From: the human T2T-CHM13v2.0 reference genome, Homo sapiens
Assembly (NCBI RefSeq): GCF_009914755.1
Contig: NC_060929.1
Reading direction: 5' to 3' (one strand)
Length of the DNA: 64,000 bases
Notes under the pieces: model-generated
Seen by the model: the letters and a program-made list of their open reading frames with translations, nothing else
Database searches by the model: none
What the model was told of the DNA's origin: nothing
Translations under genes and position numbers: made by a program
Shown here: positions 40,904 to 57,163 of the stretch, in pieces
How the letters are laid out: the number at the start of each line of letters is the position of its first letter
Numbering within the stretch: position 1 is the first letter of the stretch

Positions 40904-42567
40904 TAATGTAATTATTTTTGTCTTTCCCTCACTGAACTAGCCACTTGAAGACAGGTGCTATGCGTTTAACCTCTGTGTTCCAACCCTAACAATGCTTGTT
41001 CTCAGTAAATGTTTAATGATTGAATGGATCCCTGGATGAATAAATACTTGGATGAATGCTAAGAAAAATGAAAGGCTTATTGTACCTTTCCAACATGTTG
41101 ACTTATGTTGGCACATCCTAAATTCAAATGACTTCTCTACCACCACCATCCCCATACACACCCTGGAAAAAATAGTAATAGCATGGGTGGCAGGGGGAGG
41201 GGGCAGGTAATTCTACTGTCCTTGCAGCAAGCTAATAATGGCCACATTAATTCCAGAATGGTCTATCCTGTGTTCCCAATACTTAGCACTTGAATCATCA
41301 TCATTGTTCACTCTCAGGCAAATCAGGCAGGACAGGATTCACTGGGAAATAAATGCTCTTTTTAAGTTCCTGGAGGATTATTATAGAATACAGTGAGGCA
41401 AAGATTCTTTAATGTTGGAAAAATGAAACAGTACCTCTGTAATTAAAGCCAAAAGCCGTAGTGTAAATGAGGAAAAATGGTAATCAGCCTAAGCTAGGAA
41501 AAACCTCGGTTCAAAATACTTAATTTTCTCTGTTCTAAGAAATCAATGCATACTTGTGGGTGTTTTAAGATCAAAATGATTTAGAATGTTTTCCTATGGC
41601 ATTTATGAGTTAGAACAGAGAGTTAGAACTATCTCTGAAATTCATTTCCTTTCTTTGTAAACAAATATGGTTAACATTTACTAGAGGTGTTCATTCTTCT
41701 CTAACACATATGATTTTGATGTATGCTGCGAGAACAGCAAAAATCATTATTAAACATCTACTTTTAAATTTTCTCCCCACTGTGATTATCATGCAGGCCA
41801 TGAGCAGGCTAAATTAGAAAGCATTTTGGAAAAGGAAGAGTTCTCCCCTGCCTGTGAGTTCTATAATTACTTGCCCTTATTGTATTCACCACTAGTTTAA
41901 TGATGGGTAGGGTATAGTACTGTTTGTTGGTTTTCTCTCAAGTATATTTTAAAGTCTGCCTTTATTTTGGGCGACATCATAGATCAAAGTTTGATCCTCA
42001 GTTTTACAGGCTCAAAAACAACTTCATTTCAACAATACTGTGCAGAAAACTGACCACTATTCAAGTATTCATGATGTATTAATTTACGATGGGATTTATG
42101 CTTGGCTGAAGAAATGGATTAGTTGTCTACAGAAAAGTAAAATTCAAAGGTTGAAGCTTCTTTGTGATATACTCCAAGAGGAGACAGAATATAAGTTCTG
42201 CAACTATGTTGTTCTTTTCAACTATTAAAAAAAATCAAATTTTAATGCTAGAAATACTTTCTTTGACATGATCCAGTCTACGGCACACCTTGATTCTGCA
42301 GAAGAGGAAATTGGAACCCTGAGTTTTTAACACTATTTAGTGTCAGAGCTGAGACTGGAGTTCAACTGAGACTAGAGTCTGAGAGAACACAGATCTCCAT
42401 TCAAGAAATACCCTTCTTATGTAGTCATAATTGTAATAAGAAAAGAAAAAAATTTTTAAGAAATACTCTTCTTAGACATTGGCCTGTTTGAGAGATCTGT
42501 GTACTTCTCATAACCCTTGCTGCCTCCCTGATTTTGGAGTGGGATTGGTGGTCAGAAGTTGGAACTA

Positions 42568-43071
<504 letters not shown>

Positions 43072-43131
43072 TCAAAACATAAAGTATCTGGGTTACTGGT
43101 TACTGAAAAGGAATCTGAATGACAGACTCTT

Positions 43132-44651
<1,520 letters not shown>

Positions 44652-44909
44652 ATGACAGATTCTTGACTCTCACTGGCTACCTAAATGATCATTTGTCATT
44701 AGTTTACTGGATTTTTTTCTGTATAGAACAAATTGTTGAATTTATTTTAACTATTTATATTAAAAATCAAAAATCAATGTGGCTTTAATTAGAAGGTCCT
44801 TGGAATTTTTTTATAAATTTGATTTTTATTGTTATCCTCATCACTAATACATTTACAAATCACATTTTAGGTATTTCTGAAAAGATTTCAACAAGTATCT
44901 TCTCTCATC

Positions 44910-45830
44910 ATTTATTCATTCGAAGGTATTCATTACATAGATGACTGCATTAAGTTCTGAGGGTACAATGGAGAACCAAACAGGAATGGTCCCAAACAGA
45001 ATGCATAAAATCACAGAGGTTGCATTTTACTGTGGGAGGAAGATTTGAATAAAATAATCACACAAATATTGTTATAAACTGTGATAAGTTCTACAAGAGA
45101 ACAGTATGGGGTGTTGTGAATGCGTAATCAGAAGAATGCCGTCTAATTGGGGGAATTCCTGAGGAAGTGAAATCAGATGGCTGATGAGGTGGCACCAGGC
45201 CCAGGAGGGACTCTCCATTCAAGAATAGTGTTCCAGCCAAAGGGAGCAGCATGTAAGGGGGAGAGGGCAGCACCTGCAAGATAAATATTCATGGAATGAC
45301 TGAGTTAATGAACGTGCAAAGGCACTGAGGTGGAGACTGGAAATCAGATGAGTGGAGCTAGATATGGACAGTGAAGGAGGGGTAATGATGACCTTGAAAA
45401 AGTGGGCAGAATTCAGGTCATGCAGAGGCCTGTAAGACAAGCTAAGATTTAGGTCTTTATCTTGAAAGTAGTGGTAATCATTAAAGTGTTATAGGTAGTG
45501 AAGTTGCATCTTCTATTATGGAGAATTATTATAGGAGAGGAGGGGAAGAGACTAGGGAGTGAGCTGATAGTGAGATTTTTGTCCGAGTGAAGGTGTGATA
45601 TCATGGTGTTTTCTTTTTCTTAACTTTTATTTTAGGTTTAGGGGTACGTGTGCAGGTTTGTTATATAGGTAGCAAAGACTTAAATGATTATTGTGTTTTC
45701 AACTAACATATTAGCAATGTACTTGAAGAGAAGTTGGAGGTTCAAGAGATAATTCTGAGGTGATATTGACTAGACTTGGTGATAGATTGGACTTGGGGCC
45801 AGGGGAGGAGAGAGAAGGGGTCACCCTAGG
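44910..45830 (-). mobile_element. L2a fragment containing an ~65-bp L1PA 3'-end stub (45608-45672)
   Basis: ATTTATTCATTC start; CCTGAGGAAGTGA; CAGGTCATGCAGAGGCCTGTAAG. Stub: GGGGTACGTGTGCAGGTTTGTTATATAGGTA. Confidence 0.7.
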
Positions 45831-46678
45831 TGGCCTGGGCCATCCTGGTGACTCAGTATCTATAGATGATTCATCTGGCACTCTCCTGCTCCAGTAATGC
45901 CACCTCTAGTACTCACATCTCTGGTCCCACCCTGGACTTTGCCACTGTCCTAAGCTACTCACTGCTGAAATAGAAGGGAACTACAAATATCCTTGTGCTT
46001 CCAGCCACCTCACATCCAGGTTTCTGAGCTTGCTAAGGAGAACCATGTACTTGAAGAAGTTACTGACCCTCTCTGAAGGCTCCTAGGATGAAGGATGGTA
46101 ATTCCTACCTTATTAGACTGTTGGAAGATGTGGACGACAATGTTACAAAGACTCTGATATAGTGTGTGGCACATACATAAACGCAATGAGATAGAAATCA
46201 CCTTTCCTCTTTCATGTGCTGGTTCTTATATCTTAAACTTTTGCGAATCCCACTAACTTTGATTTGCTACTGCCATAAGTATGTTTTTAATTCAGGACTT
46301 AATTTGTCAGGATTTTATACAGAAGTTGCCCCATCACACAGTGTATTAAAGAAATGTATTTATCATTAATTAGGCAATAACTGTGCTTTTAGTACCAAGA
46401 GGGTGCCCTTTTCAAAAAGTGTAGCTATGCTTTTAAAAAAAAAGGTAAATCCTCAGTATGCCACTGACTTCAGTTCCATAAACTAATAATTTAATAAAAT
46501 GAAAATGACCCAACTACTACTATATCAAGCCTATTAATTTCACACATGTGTAAAATCTGTAAGGAAGAGGAAATAGCATGTAAACTGGAAAGATAAGTGT
46601 CTTGATTCTTCAAGGGAAGAAAAGTAGGCAAGTACAGAGAACTCTGTTTCTTCTGGGTCATATGTTTTAAAGGAATGA

Positions 46679-46996
<318 letters not shown>

Positions 46997-47440
46997 GCCT
47001 ACTGCTTCTTTGTGCTCAGACTTTGCTATTATTGACAAATCATATAAAGGATCACAATCATCCTTTTGCCATGGGGAGGAATATATAGATTCACTATTTT
47101 TCACTAAAGATCTGTAAATAAATATTAATGAATTATTTTTATTAATTGTACAAACATTTCCTCATACAAACCTAGAATGTTTCCTTATGTTAAGATTACT
47201 TTTTCAGAGAATATGAAGATTTTATTTCTTTGTCTTATAAATCCCAAAGTTTTATTTGTTCTAAAAATTACAATCTATATTAGACTAATTTTATAAAAAT
47301 ATGTTCTCTTATAAGAGTGGTGAAATTTAAAGTCAAGGTATAAATAACTCTCTGCATGAAAGACATGCAAAACTACCTAAAGGAAACCAAAATTGGAAAT
47401 TTGGGATTTAATTTTTTAATTTTAGAAAATTTTCTTTTTC

Positions 47441-47698
47441 TTGGGAGGCCAAGGTGGGCAGATCACTTGAGGTCAGGAGTTTGAGACTAGCCTGGCCAAC
47501 ATGGTGAAACCCCGTCTCTACAAGAAAAACAAAAATTAGCTGGGCATTTGGCACACACCTGTAATTCCAGCTACTTGGGAGGCTGAGGCAGGAGAATCGC
47601 TTGAACCAGAAGGAGAGGTTGCAGTGAACCAAGATCGTGCCACTGCACTCCAGCCTGGGAGACAGAGTGAGACTCCATCTCAAAAAAAAAAAAAAAAA
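47441..47698 (+). mobile_element. 5'-truncated AluS
   Basis: Starts at TTGGGAGGCCAAGG; TSD-like GAAAATTT..TTTTTC on both flanks. Confidence 0.93.
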
Positions 47699-48169
47699 GG
47701 AAAATTTAATTTTTCTACATAGACATTTCCTTGTGTACTAAAATTAAAATTATTTTAACCCAATAAAGTAGTAAAATTTGGCATGCTTTTACATACATTC
47801 CCGGGGGCTTTAAACATGCACACGCATACATACATACACACAGAATTCAGCTTTTGTTGCCTTTCCTATAACATGCCTTTCATCCCTTCCAACTATAGGT
47901 GTTTTTAGGCCCAGCCTATAAAATCTGATTACATACCTTCATACCCTCACTTACTTGGGATCTGAGTCATAGGAGCAGCTTGCAAAGAAAGCATCCCAAT
48001 TTAAGTATTTCAAAATTTCTGGAAAGATGTATTAATGGCATAGATGATACATTTCGACCCATTTCTTAGTTAAGAGTGAGCTTTTAATTCATAGAAGCTG
48101 TTCCTGTAGGGAATCTGGTTTTTCCTGCCCTTGTTTTCTAGGCCCCAGGCAATACAGGCTTTTCTGGAG

Positions 48170-48730
48170 TTCATATATTCACTCATCTACCCAACAACTA
48201 TTTATGAAAAACTTGCTATTTGCAGGGCACCATGCTGGGCTACGACATTGCAGAAATCCAGTTTTCTTGCTTAGAGAAGTTGATGGATGATGATGTGACA
48301 TTAGGGTAGAGCATAATAAGGACTGTGAACAGGGATTGTGCAGGGTATAGTATTGGGTTACCTAACCCAGTATGGGGTGGTGGGGAGGCCAGAGAAGCAT
48401 CTCCACACCGTGGAGGAAGTTGATACTTAACTGATAAGTAGGATTAGCAGGTAGTCAGGGAAGAGCAGCAGAGGGAACCACAAGTCCACGGGGCAAACCT
48501 GAGGAGAAGCACAGCACATCTTGAGGAATTGAAAGTATGGCTGGTTCAGTATGCTTGGAGTGGGGAATCTGAGGCAGCGGGTGGCCTTGTTCAGTATGCC
48601 TGTAGTGGAGAATCTGAGGCAGGGAGTGGTGGCAGATGAAGCCCAAACTACAGAGGTCTTGTTAGCCAAATTACAAAATTCTGTTCTCTATTCTGAAGGT
48701 ATTAGGGAACCACTGAAACATTAACACCTC
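48170..48730 (-). mobile_element. L2 fragment with an internal 45-bp-period duplication
   Basis: TATTTATGAAAAACTTGCTATTTGCAGGGCACCATGCTGGGC; CACCTAAC-like core; GGGAACCACTGAA. Confidence 0.65.
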
Positions 48731-49139
48731 CCCCATTGCCCCCTACCATTTTCTGAAATGACTCAATAAAGAATAAACCTTATTGGTGAATCAAAAGAGG
48801 TGCCAGTGCCTTAAGGAAGGTGGTCAAGAATTGTATTTAGACCTACACTTAAGGCAGAACAGCACCTTGGTTCACATTCTCTACCAGTTCTGGGAAAGAA
48901 GTGGTTCTTAGCCAGGTAAAATATTCAACCACGAAGATCCTGCTTGGCCTTGTAATGTTATGTTATTTCTCAGAAGACAGCCTTGTGGCAGGCCACCTCA
49001 ACTGGTAGGAATGTGCTGTACAAAGAAATCAATCAACCAGGTTAAGGATGAGATCAACTTTGTGCAAATTCTTTTAGTAGTAAAAACAACAATATCACCT
49101 TTCTTTATAAATTTGATCTACAGCTTACAAATATATATA

Positions 49140-49325
49140 GTACATTTTATTTGAGATGCATAAAAATCCATGGAAGTAATTGGTATTGAAATTCCTATTT
49201 CCCAGATTTAAAAAACTGAGGTTCATATAAATAAAATGTAGTTACACATAATGATAATTAGCAAGCAGCAGAGCTGAGATTCATTCCAAGATATCAGACT
49301 TTAAACCACCCTGTTCTTTACAAGA
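49140..49325 (-). mobile_element. MIR
   Basis: CCTATTTCCCAGATTTAAAAAACTGAGGTTCA...GCAGAGCTGAGATTCATTCCAAG. Confidence 0.6.
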
Positions 49326-49629
49326 GACTGGCTATTTTCAATGAAGAAAATTAAGCTTGGGGCTGGACTAAAATCTTTATTTGGATTTTTTTTGTCAAAT
49401 TACCGATTACAAGAATTGATCACTCCATTTCCTTTAGAAGTAGAAATAATAGTCATTTTGCTGATTTTCTTTATTATAGTCTAAGAAAAAGAAATGCTCT
49501 GTTTAAAAATGTACTTTTTAAAACAAGATTGATTTGAGGTCATGGCAATTAAAAGTGGCACTACCAGAAACTGAGCTATGAAAAATTGGCTATGCAATAA
49601 ATATGTATATGAAATTCTTGTTTTCCCTT

Positions 49630-49753
49630 TTCTTTTATCCTTTTTTCTTTTCTTTTTTTTTCACTGTGACCTTGAACTCCTGGGCTCAAACGATCCTCCT
49701 GCCTCAGCCTCCCAAAGTACTGAGAATACAAGCTTGAGCCACTGTACCCAGCC
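49630..49753 (-). mobile_element. FLAM/FAM-like Alu monomer fragment
   Basis: T-rich tail then CTTGAACTCCTGGGCTCAAACGATCCTCCTGCCTCAGCCTCCCAAAGT; TTGTTTTCC on both flanks. Confidence 0.8.
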
Positions 49754-50508
49754 CTTTGTTTTCCATTCGACTTTCATCACAAGATGGGTGACACAGGACC
49801 TCACCTAAAACTTACTTGCTCTTGATAAAGTTGAAAATTTTCTGTTGGGAAAGTAATTCGGGAGTGTGGACCCACATCATGGCAGGCATTCTAGGCCACA
49901 GGACTTAACTGTGTTCATATGCCTCATATTTTTAACTGCCTCATATTGTAACTGAGTTAGGCTTCATATGCCTCGTATTTTAACTGAGTGTAGCTCTTTG
50001 AAGCAGGTACCATATATTTTACATCCTTTTATGTGTTCACAGAGTTTCCAATATAGTAGACACTCAAAAACTTTTAAAGAATAGTATACAACATTATTTT
50101 GTTGAGGAAAGATTAAAATATTTGGAAGGACTTCCCTAAATTTAGGCAAAGCCTTCACTTGGACCCATCTTCCACTTTACTGTTTTCCTGTTCAAGCAGT
50201 GGTCTGAGATTCAGGGATCAGAGGAACTCCTGGTAGAATTCCAATCATTAGACTACATGAGTGGCCATGAAACACTTTGGAGGCAAGACCAAGCCTGTTC
50301 TGTTCACTGCCTGCATGGAGCCTACAGTGCATTACCAGGTGGACACTTAGCTATTAGTATTTACTCAGTGAATGAACCAAAGATGATTAAGAGAGAACTT
50401 AAATTGCTGGCTGGTTAGAATCTGGATTTACGTAAGGATAAAGTTGCTAGTCCTGCTGTATCAAATAGGATGGCTTCTACAATGCTGGTCCCTTGGCAAG
50501 CAATTACT

Positions 50509-50647
50509 AGTTTGCCATATAATTCACTGTCGTTGCCGGTTGAGTGAAATGGGGTGATGCTAATAAAAATGCTGAGACAACAGGCTAACCCAAGAATCCC
50601 ACTCAAACCAGGACTGTCACAAGCAAACCAGGATCTGAGGTTACCCT
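50509..50647 (-). mobile_element. MER94-like hAT-Blackjack MITE
   Basis: CCATATAATT...AAACCAGGACTGTCACAAGCAAACCAGGA...GGTTACCCT. Confidence 0.7.
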
Positions 50648-51233
50648 AGTGATTGCCCAACCATAAATCCAACTTCAGCTCTTATTCCAAAAAAGTGCTT
50701 ACATGTGAAAGCATCTCGTTACATAATTAATGGGTTGGAGAAAAAAAAAAAACCTTCTGTAGAAATTGTAATTTTACAAAAGTTTATATCCAAGCTGGAG
50801 TGGTTATTTCTGAGTGCTAAAATTTGATATCAATTTTGGGGGGCTTCTCTGTATTTTCTTTCTTTCTTGTTTCTCCTTCTGCAATAAATACGAACTTGGT
50901 TTCCTTTTCAATTTTTATTTTTTTAAGTTAAAACATCTATTGAGTCTTAGTGTTTTGCTAATAAATCAATGATTCTATAGAACATCCTTAGAGAACTCCT
51001 AGGTCCCTTGTTTCACTGATAAGAAAATAGCAACAAAAAGATATTGAATGATTTGTCTCTACTAAACCGTCATCAGAAAAGAGTATTCGAAAATAATAAC
51101 ATAATCTTTTGACAGTATATATGCTGGAATTATTACAATATTTATTTCTGTTTAGATGCTATATTATCTCAAAGCCATAAATGCAAAAATTCCAAGAAGT
51201 ATGATACCTCAAGGAATATTTATCTGCTAGTGA

Positions 51234-51946
<713 letters not shown>

Positions 51947-52299
51947 TAAGGCATCTCATTTGCAGGAAAGCACACCACCCTAGTCTTGCATTGCAGAGAA
52001 TGTGAAGTTTGCAGTGTGCATTCAGTATTTCTCTTCAAATGGAACACCTGATTCAGTTTGTAGTTTAAAGAGATTTAATTGTGTGCTATATAGTCTTTTG
52101 CTCTGAATAAGGAAAATAATGATTGAAGTGGATGGGTTAGAAGGAGTAACATGTAGTTATCATGTAGTTATCAAACTGGCTGATTTAATGGACCAAGTCA
52201 GATTATTCCCCTAACCTGACACCTTTTTTTGACACTAGTACATGTTACATAGTTCAGCCTGTTCTCACCACTCTCTCTATTGTAATTGTGGTTTTTTTC

Positions 52300-52830
52300 C
52301 AGAGACATCAGTTACTTCTGAAATGAACAAATGCCTCTTTCTCTTTCTCCTTGATGTCTGTTTTGACAATGTGGACCACCTCATTCTCTGGGAACAAAAT
52401 CTTCCCTTGGCTTCCCTGATATAGTTGTGGCTGTCCTTAATCTGACTTGCCTGACCAGTCAGTTGTTCCTTGTTTACTTCACTGGTTCTTCTTCCTGTTC
52501 ATGTCCTCCAGCTGTGTTTAATCCTGAGCACTCAGCTTTTTTTCTCTATAAAGTGTCTTCTTTAAAAAGTCATACACCCATGTGGCTTCAGCTTTCACCA
52601 CTACACAGCTATTTTCTACACTCACATTCTAACCTTGCCTTCTCTCTTCATCTTCAGTGGGGTACTTAACACATCTCACATATTTTCACCTCAAACATGT
52701 ATGAAATTTAATTTAGCTTCTACAGCAAAGTGATCCCTTCTCCTCCCTTATTATTATTGGAATGGGGTCATCAAATTTTCCCCTTTCATCATCATCAATA
52801 CTGTTCTTTGGTCACCTATCACTGGCCAAT
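52300..52830 (+). mobile_element. L2 internal fragment
   Basis: TTTGACAATGTGGACCACCTCATTCTCTGGG...CCCATGTGGCTTCAGCTTTCACC...CTCAAACATGTATGAAA. Confidence 0.6.
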
Positions 52831-54010
52831 TAAACTTATCCATACAATGAGAAAGATATCTGAATGCTAAACTCTTAAGGCCTTGTTTTCAAAAAGGTAA
52901 TTAAAGGACACTGACCAAAACTATGTTTAAGACTACTTATAACAAGATTTAAATAAATAATCGTATTTATTACAGCACAATTTGGTATTTTTGTAATTTT
53001 TTAAAAAAATTCCTATTGAAAGACAATACCAACTCAATTCTTTTCTCCAGTTTTTATTAAAACTTTTTAAAAAATTATCCTTGGATGCCAAACCTTTTCT
53101 ATATTATTAAGTCCCACCTCAATACCATTTGACCACCTCCAATCTTCTCTACCCCTCAATCCAACCACCCAGATTTGTACTTCGGAAAGTTTTTAAATCT
53201 GGGAAACTATCCAAGCAGGGTTAGTGGGGTGAGGGAGTTTGGATTCTTGTAATCTGTTAAAAACTTACTTTTCAGTTCCTTCTTTCTTGTCAGAAATAGT
53301 CTGGCTCCTGATAAGTCCTATCATGACTGATTAGCGTTCCATGCTTTGAAACTTAACAGAATCATGAAGAACACTGAGAGTCTCAGAGACAAAGCACTGT
53401 AAAATAGGCTCAAAAGGAAAGGCTGAAGAACAGGGATCAGATTATCTGGAAATGAGATTACTGAAGCATGTCCTAATACTTACCTTTTCACTTATGGGTA
53501 TTTACCACTAAGAGACTCTAACCTAATGTTTCTTATGTCCATAAGTGACACACAGAGAAATATGTTCTTAAATTCCAGATAGAAACCTTGGTGTATAAAA
53601 AGAAGAATACCTTGATGTATACTGGATATTTATAATTTAAAAACTACAAAATTGTTGTTCCTAGGAATTGCAAAATTTAGAATAGACATCTGTCCAAACC
53701 TTAAAAGTGAAGGCCTGCTGCCTAGATATTTAATGATAGACATGTCTGAATCCTGCAGACTTCTTTTATTATCTCTACTAGTTTTGAATAGTGTCCCCTA
53801 AATTATTAAGTAATTATAGAAGAATTTGACAAACCCATGGTGAATACTAGTTAATTACTTAAACCATGCAAATATTTTAAAAAGCATTTGAGCAATAATT
53901 GCTTACACAGATTTCCAAGTATTTCAGTTGTACTAACCTATAGCTATCAAGATGAACTCACTTGTTTCCTTTTTCCATATATTTAATACACAGTTAGATT
54001 GTGGATTCTT

Positions 54011-54070
54011 ATTATAAATAAGACCATCAACAAAAGCAATATTGTAAATAAGACCATCAACAAAAGCAAT
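54011..54070. repeat. 30-bp tandem duplication (29/30 identical)
   Basis: ATT(A/G)TAAATAAGACCATCAACAAAAGCAAT x2. Confidence 0.96.
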
Positions 54071-55338
54071 TTTAAATGAAAAAAACTAAGAGTAGTTTTT
54101 AAAGATGAAGCAATTAGAGATTAAATGCCTACTCTTCACATACCTGAAAAATATACAAATGCAGAAATACTGTATATATTTGTTTTTTCAATTCTGTCAC
54201 TGGCACAATATCCGTTATCTTTGCTGCTAAGTCATTGGTGATGCAAAACAGCAGTAGGTCAGCAGCCCAAGAGCTGTTTGAAGCCAGAAACAAGAGATCA
54301 CAAAGACTTCCCAGGGGTGTCTGCCAAGGGGACAGCAAAAGCAACAAGCCCTCTAAGGAGATGTAGCCACAGGAAGGAGCATGGCAGTATGCAAACCCGG
54401 TTTCAGCAGAAAAGCCAGAGACAGCCAGGATGTCACCTGAGGGCTCAGCACAAAGTGACCATACCGCCAGGAAGACACCAACCCAGAAAAGCATTGACCT
54501 GGCCAGGAAGGGATGCTTCATTCTGCCATGAAGCCGTGGCACATGTTACATGTTGCAACAGAAAGACTAAGCTGAAACAAAAGTAGTATTGAACAACTAC
54601 TGAAATACCTAGCTATAGTGGTGATAGAATTAGAGGACTGAAACCAACACATCCCTCAGACCCATGACTGTCTCTACCCCTTCCTACTCTGTCCCTCTGA
54701 TGAAATTAAAAGCTATAATTCCTTATTTAACAAATATTTCCTAAGCTCCTCCTGCATGCCAGGGACCATACTATAAACAAAAATAAATAAATAAAACAGT
54801 GAACTGGACATGGTCTCTTACTTTCTAGGAGGTTACAGCTTAAAGGAAGGTCTTCCTTTTTTAATTCCAAATTTGTAATTTTTGAGATGAAGAGAGCATA
54901 ATTTGAATGGAGATTTCATTCCTCTGAGTCCCTCATACCACATTGTCTCAGGAATCCACACTGATTTCGAGAACTCATCTGAAACCTGAAGATGTCCCTC
55001 AACTAGGAGTTGTTGAACCTTGGAGAACTTGTAAAAAGGTCTCAAAAGAGTGTAAAGCCCAGCTTAATCACTTTCCTGTTTTAACCACTTCTTCCCACCC
55101 CACCCCACTTCCTGGTTAAATTTGTGCAATGGTAATATTGAGTCTTTCCTATCTCATACGGAACTGATAAAAATTTTTGAGATAATTGTCCAGAATCTCC
55201 TGTACTTATTTTACTCCTTGATGACGTCAAGAACATTTATTAACTCCTTTAGACTATTACGATTTCATTTGTGTCTCACTGAATGTTTGCTAATAAGTTT
55301 AAATTCTTGAATCAAAAGAAATACAGAATTGGTCATAG

Positions 55339-56771
55339 TGTTACGGGATCCTTGGGGTTTCGCTTTGCCAGCTGGAAATCTCTGTGGCCAGTGATGCCTT
55401 TGCCTGAGTTTTGCTCAGGCCCACTGGGCCTGCTCAGCCTGGCAGACTACGCTTGGCTCATGCTACTGGCCTGGATCCCATGCCTGCCAAGGGCGAGTGG
55501 AGTGGCGAGGGGTGTGTGAATGAGCAAGTATGGGGTCCGGCCACTGCACACAGTGGTGGAGCTGGCAGCTCCAGACACCGCCACAGGCACTGGCTGTCTG
55601 TGAGGCTGTGGCTGGACTAGGCATCCCGCAAGTAGCTTCCATGGCTGGCACCAGGGGACACAGTCATGCCCAGAAGCTTGGAAATGCCAGGACCTGCAGA
55701 GCCCCAAAGAGGGTGTCACTGCCCTGGCTTGGGGCACTCCTAGGTCTGGGCTCCCCAAGGAGCCACAGCTCTTCTCTCCTTGTTGCCTGCAATATGGCAA
55801 GGAAGGGGTGTGTTTCAGCCCTGTTTGTGTTACAGCTCTTTCAGCCCTGCCATTAGGCAGGTTCCAAGTTCTTGTCCCATGCCCAGGTAGAAGGAGGTAT
55901 GCAGACAAGTGGGAGATGAGAAAGGTGAAGAGGAGCTTTATTGAGTGATAGAGCTCAGAGGAGACTCGCAGTGCTCCTCTCCGCAGCTGGTCGTCCCTAC
56001 GTCTGCTCAGCTCTCAGCAGAGAGGAGACACCAGAGTAGGTAGCTTGTCTCCACAGGCAGGTCGTCCCATCAAGTGCTCAAGGCTGGCTGAATCTGGAGT
56101 TTTTATGGGCTTCAGAGGGAGGAAGTGCATGCTGATTGGTTCATGGGTGGCCATAGGTGGGCCTAGAAAAAGCACCATAAGTTCCCACTCCAGTTTGCAG
56201 GACTGACAGCCTGGCCCCCAGGCTTCAGGCCTTCCCCAGCTTGAAGGTGGGGCCTCAACAGGGGCCTTCCCCCTCTACTCCAGAGCCAGTCTGCCTCATG
56301 CCACTGTTCATGATGCCCAGGCCATTCATATGGAGGGGTGCCTGCAGGCCAGTGCTGAGCTGCCCTCAGCCCCCCTCAGCCTCCCTCCCATGTTCATTGG
56401 CATTCTAAGTCTGGAGGGGGTCAAGGCAGCAGAGGGCTAGTATGTCAGTGCTTCCCTGAGTGTGTGCATGCCTGGCTGGGTTGCAACAGTGCCCAGGCTT
56501 GGCCTCAACTTTGCTGTGAGATTGGAGCAGGCACTGGGAGTGTGGAGAGGCCAGGCAGTGGGAGCGGGCCTGCAGGGGCAGTGGGGGGCTTCCTGGGCCC
56601 TTGAGAGTGCAGAGATGCCCAGGTCTGCAGCTGCAGCTTGGGTGGCTGCAGTGGCACCTGCCTGCTGCCAGCCCCCCACCAGCTCTATGGAGTTCAAAGC
56701 CCAGCCATACCTCCCCTTCTGCAGCCAGCATCTCCGCAGTAGCCACTCCAGATGGGCCATCGCTACCATCA
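55339..56771 (-). mobile_element. MER52 (ERV1) solo LTR, ~1.43 kb
   Basis: TG...CA ends; the end CACTCCAGATGGGCCATCGCTACCATCA is the reverse complement of the MER52 start; GC-rich; 4-bp TSD ATAG at 55335-55338 and 56772-56775. Confidence 0.92.
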
Positions 56772-56809
56772 ATAGTGGGTATGGTCAATCCAAATATTAC
56801 TGAGGACAC

Positions 56810-57163
<354 letters not shown>

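Noticed and set aside
45608-45700. Possible twin-priming inversion next to the tiny L1PA stub (TAGCAAAGACTT)
   Set aside because: The match to sense L1 is only ~12 nt and the TSD is unclear, so it cannot be supported.
53478-53486. Strong minus-strand donor AAG|GTAAGT
   Set aside because: No convincing acceptor within exon-sized distance; such 9-mers are expected by chance in 64 kb.
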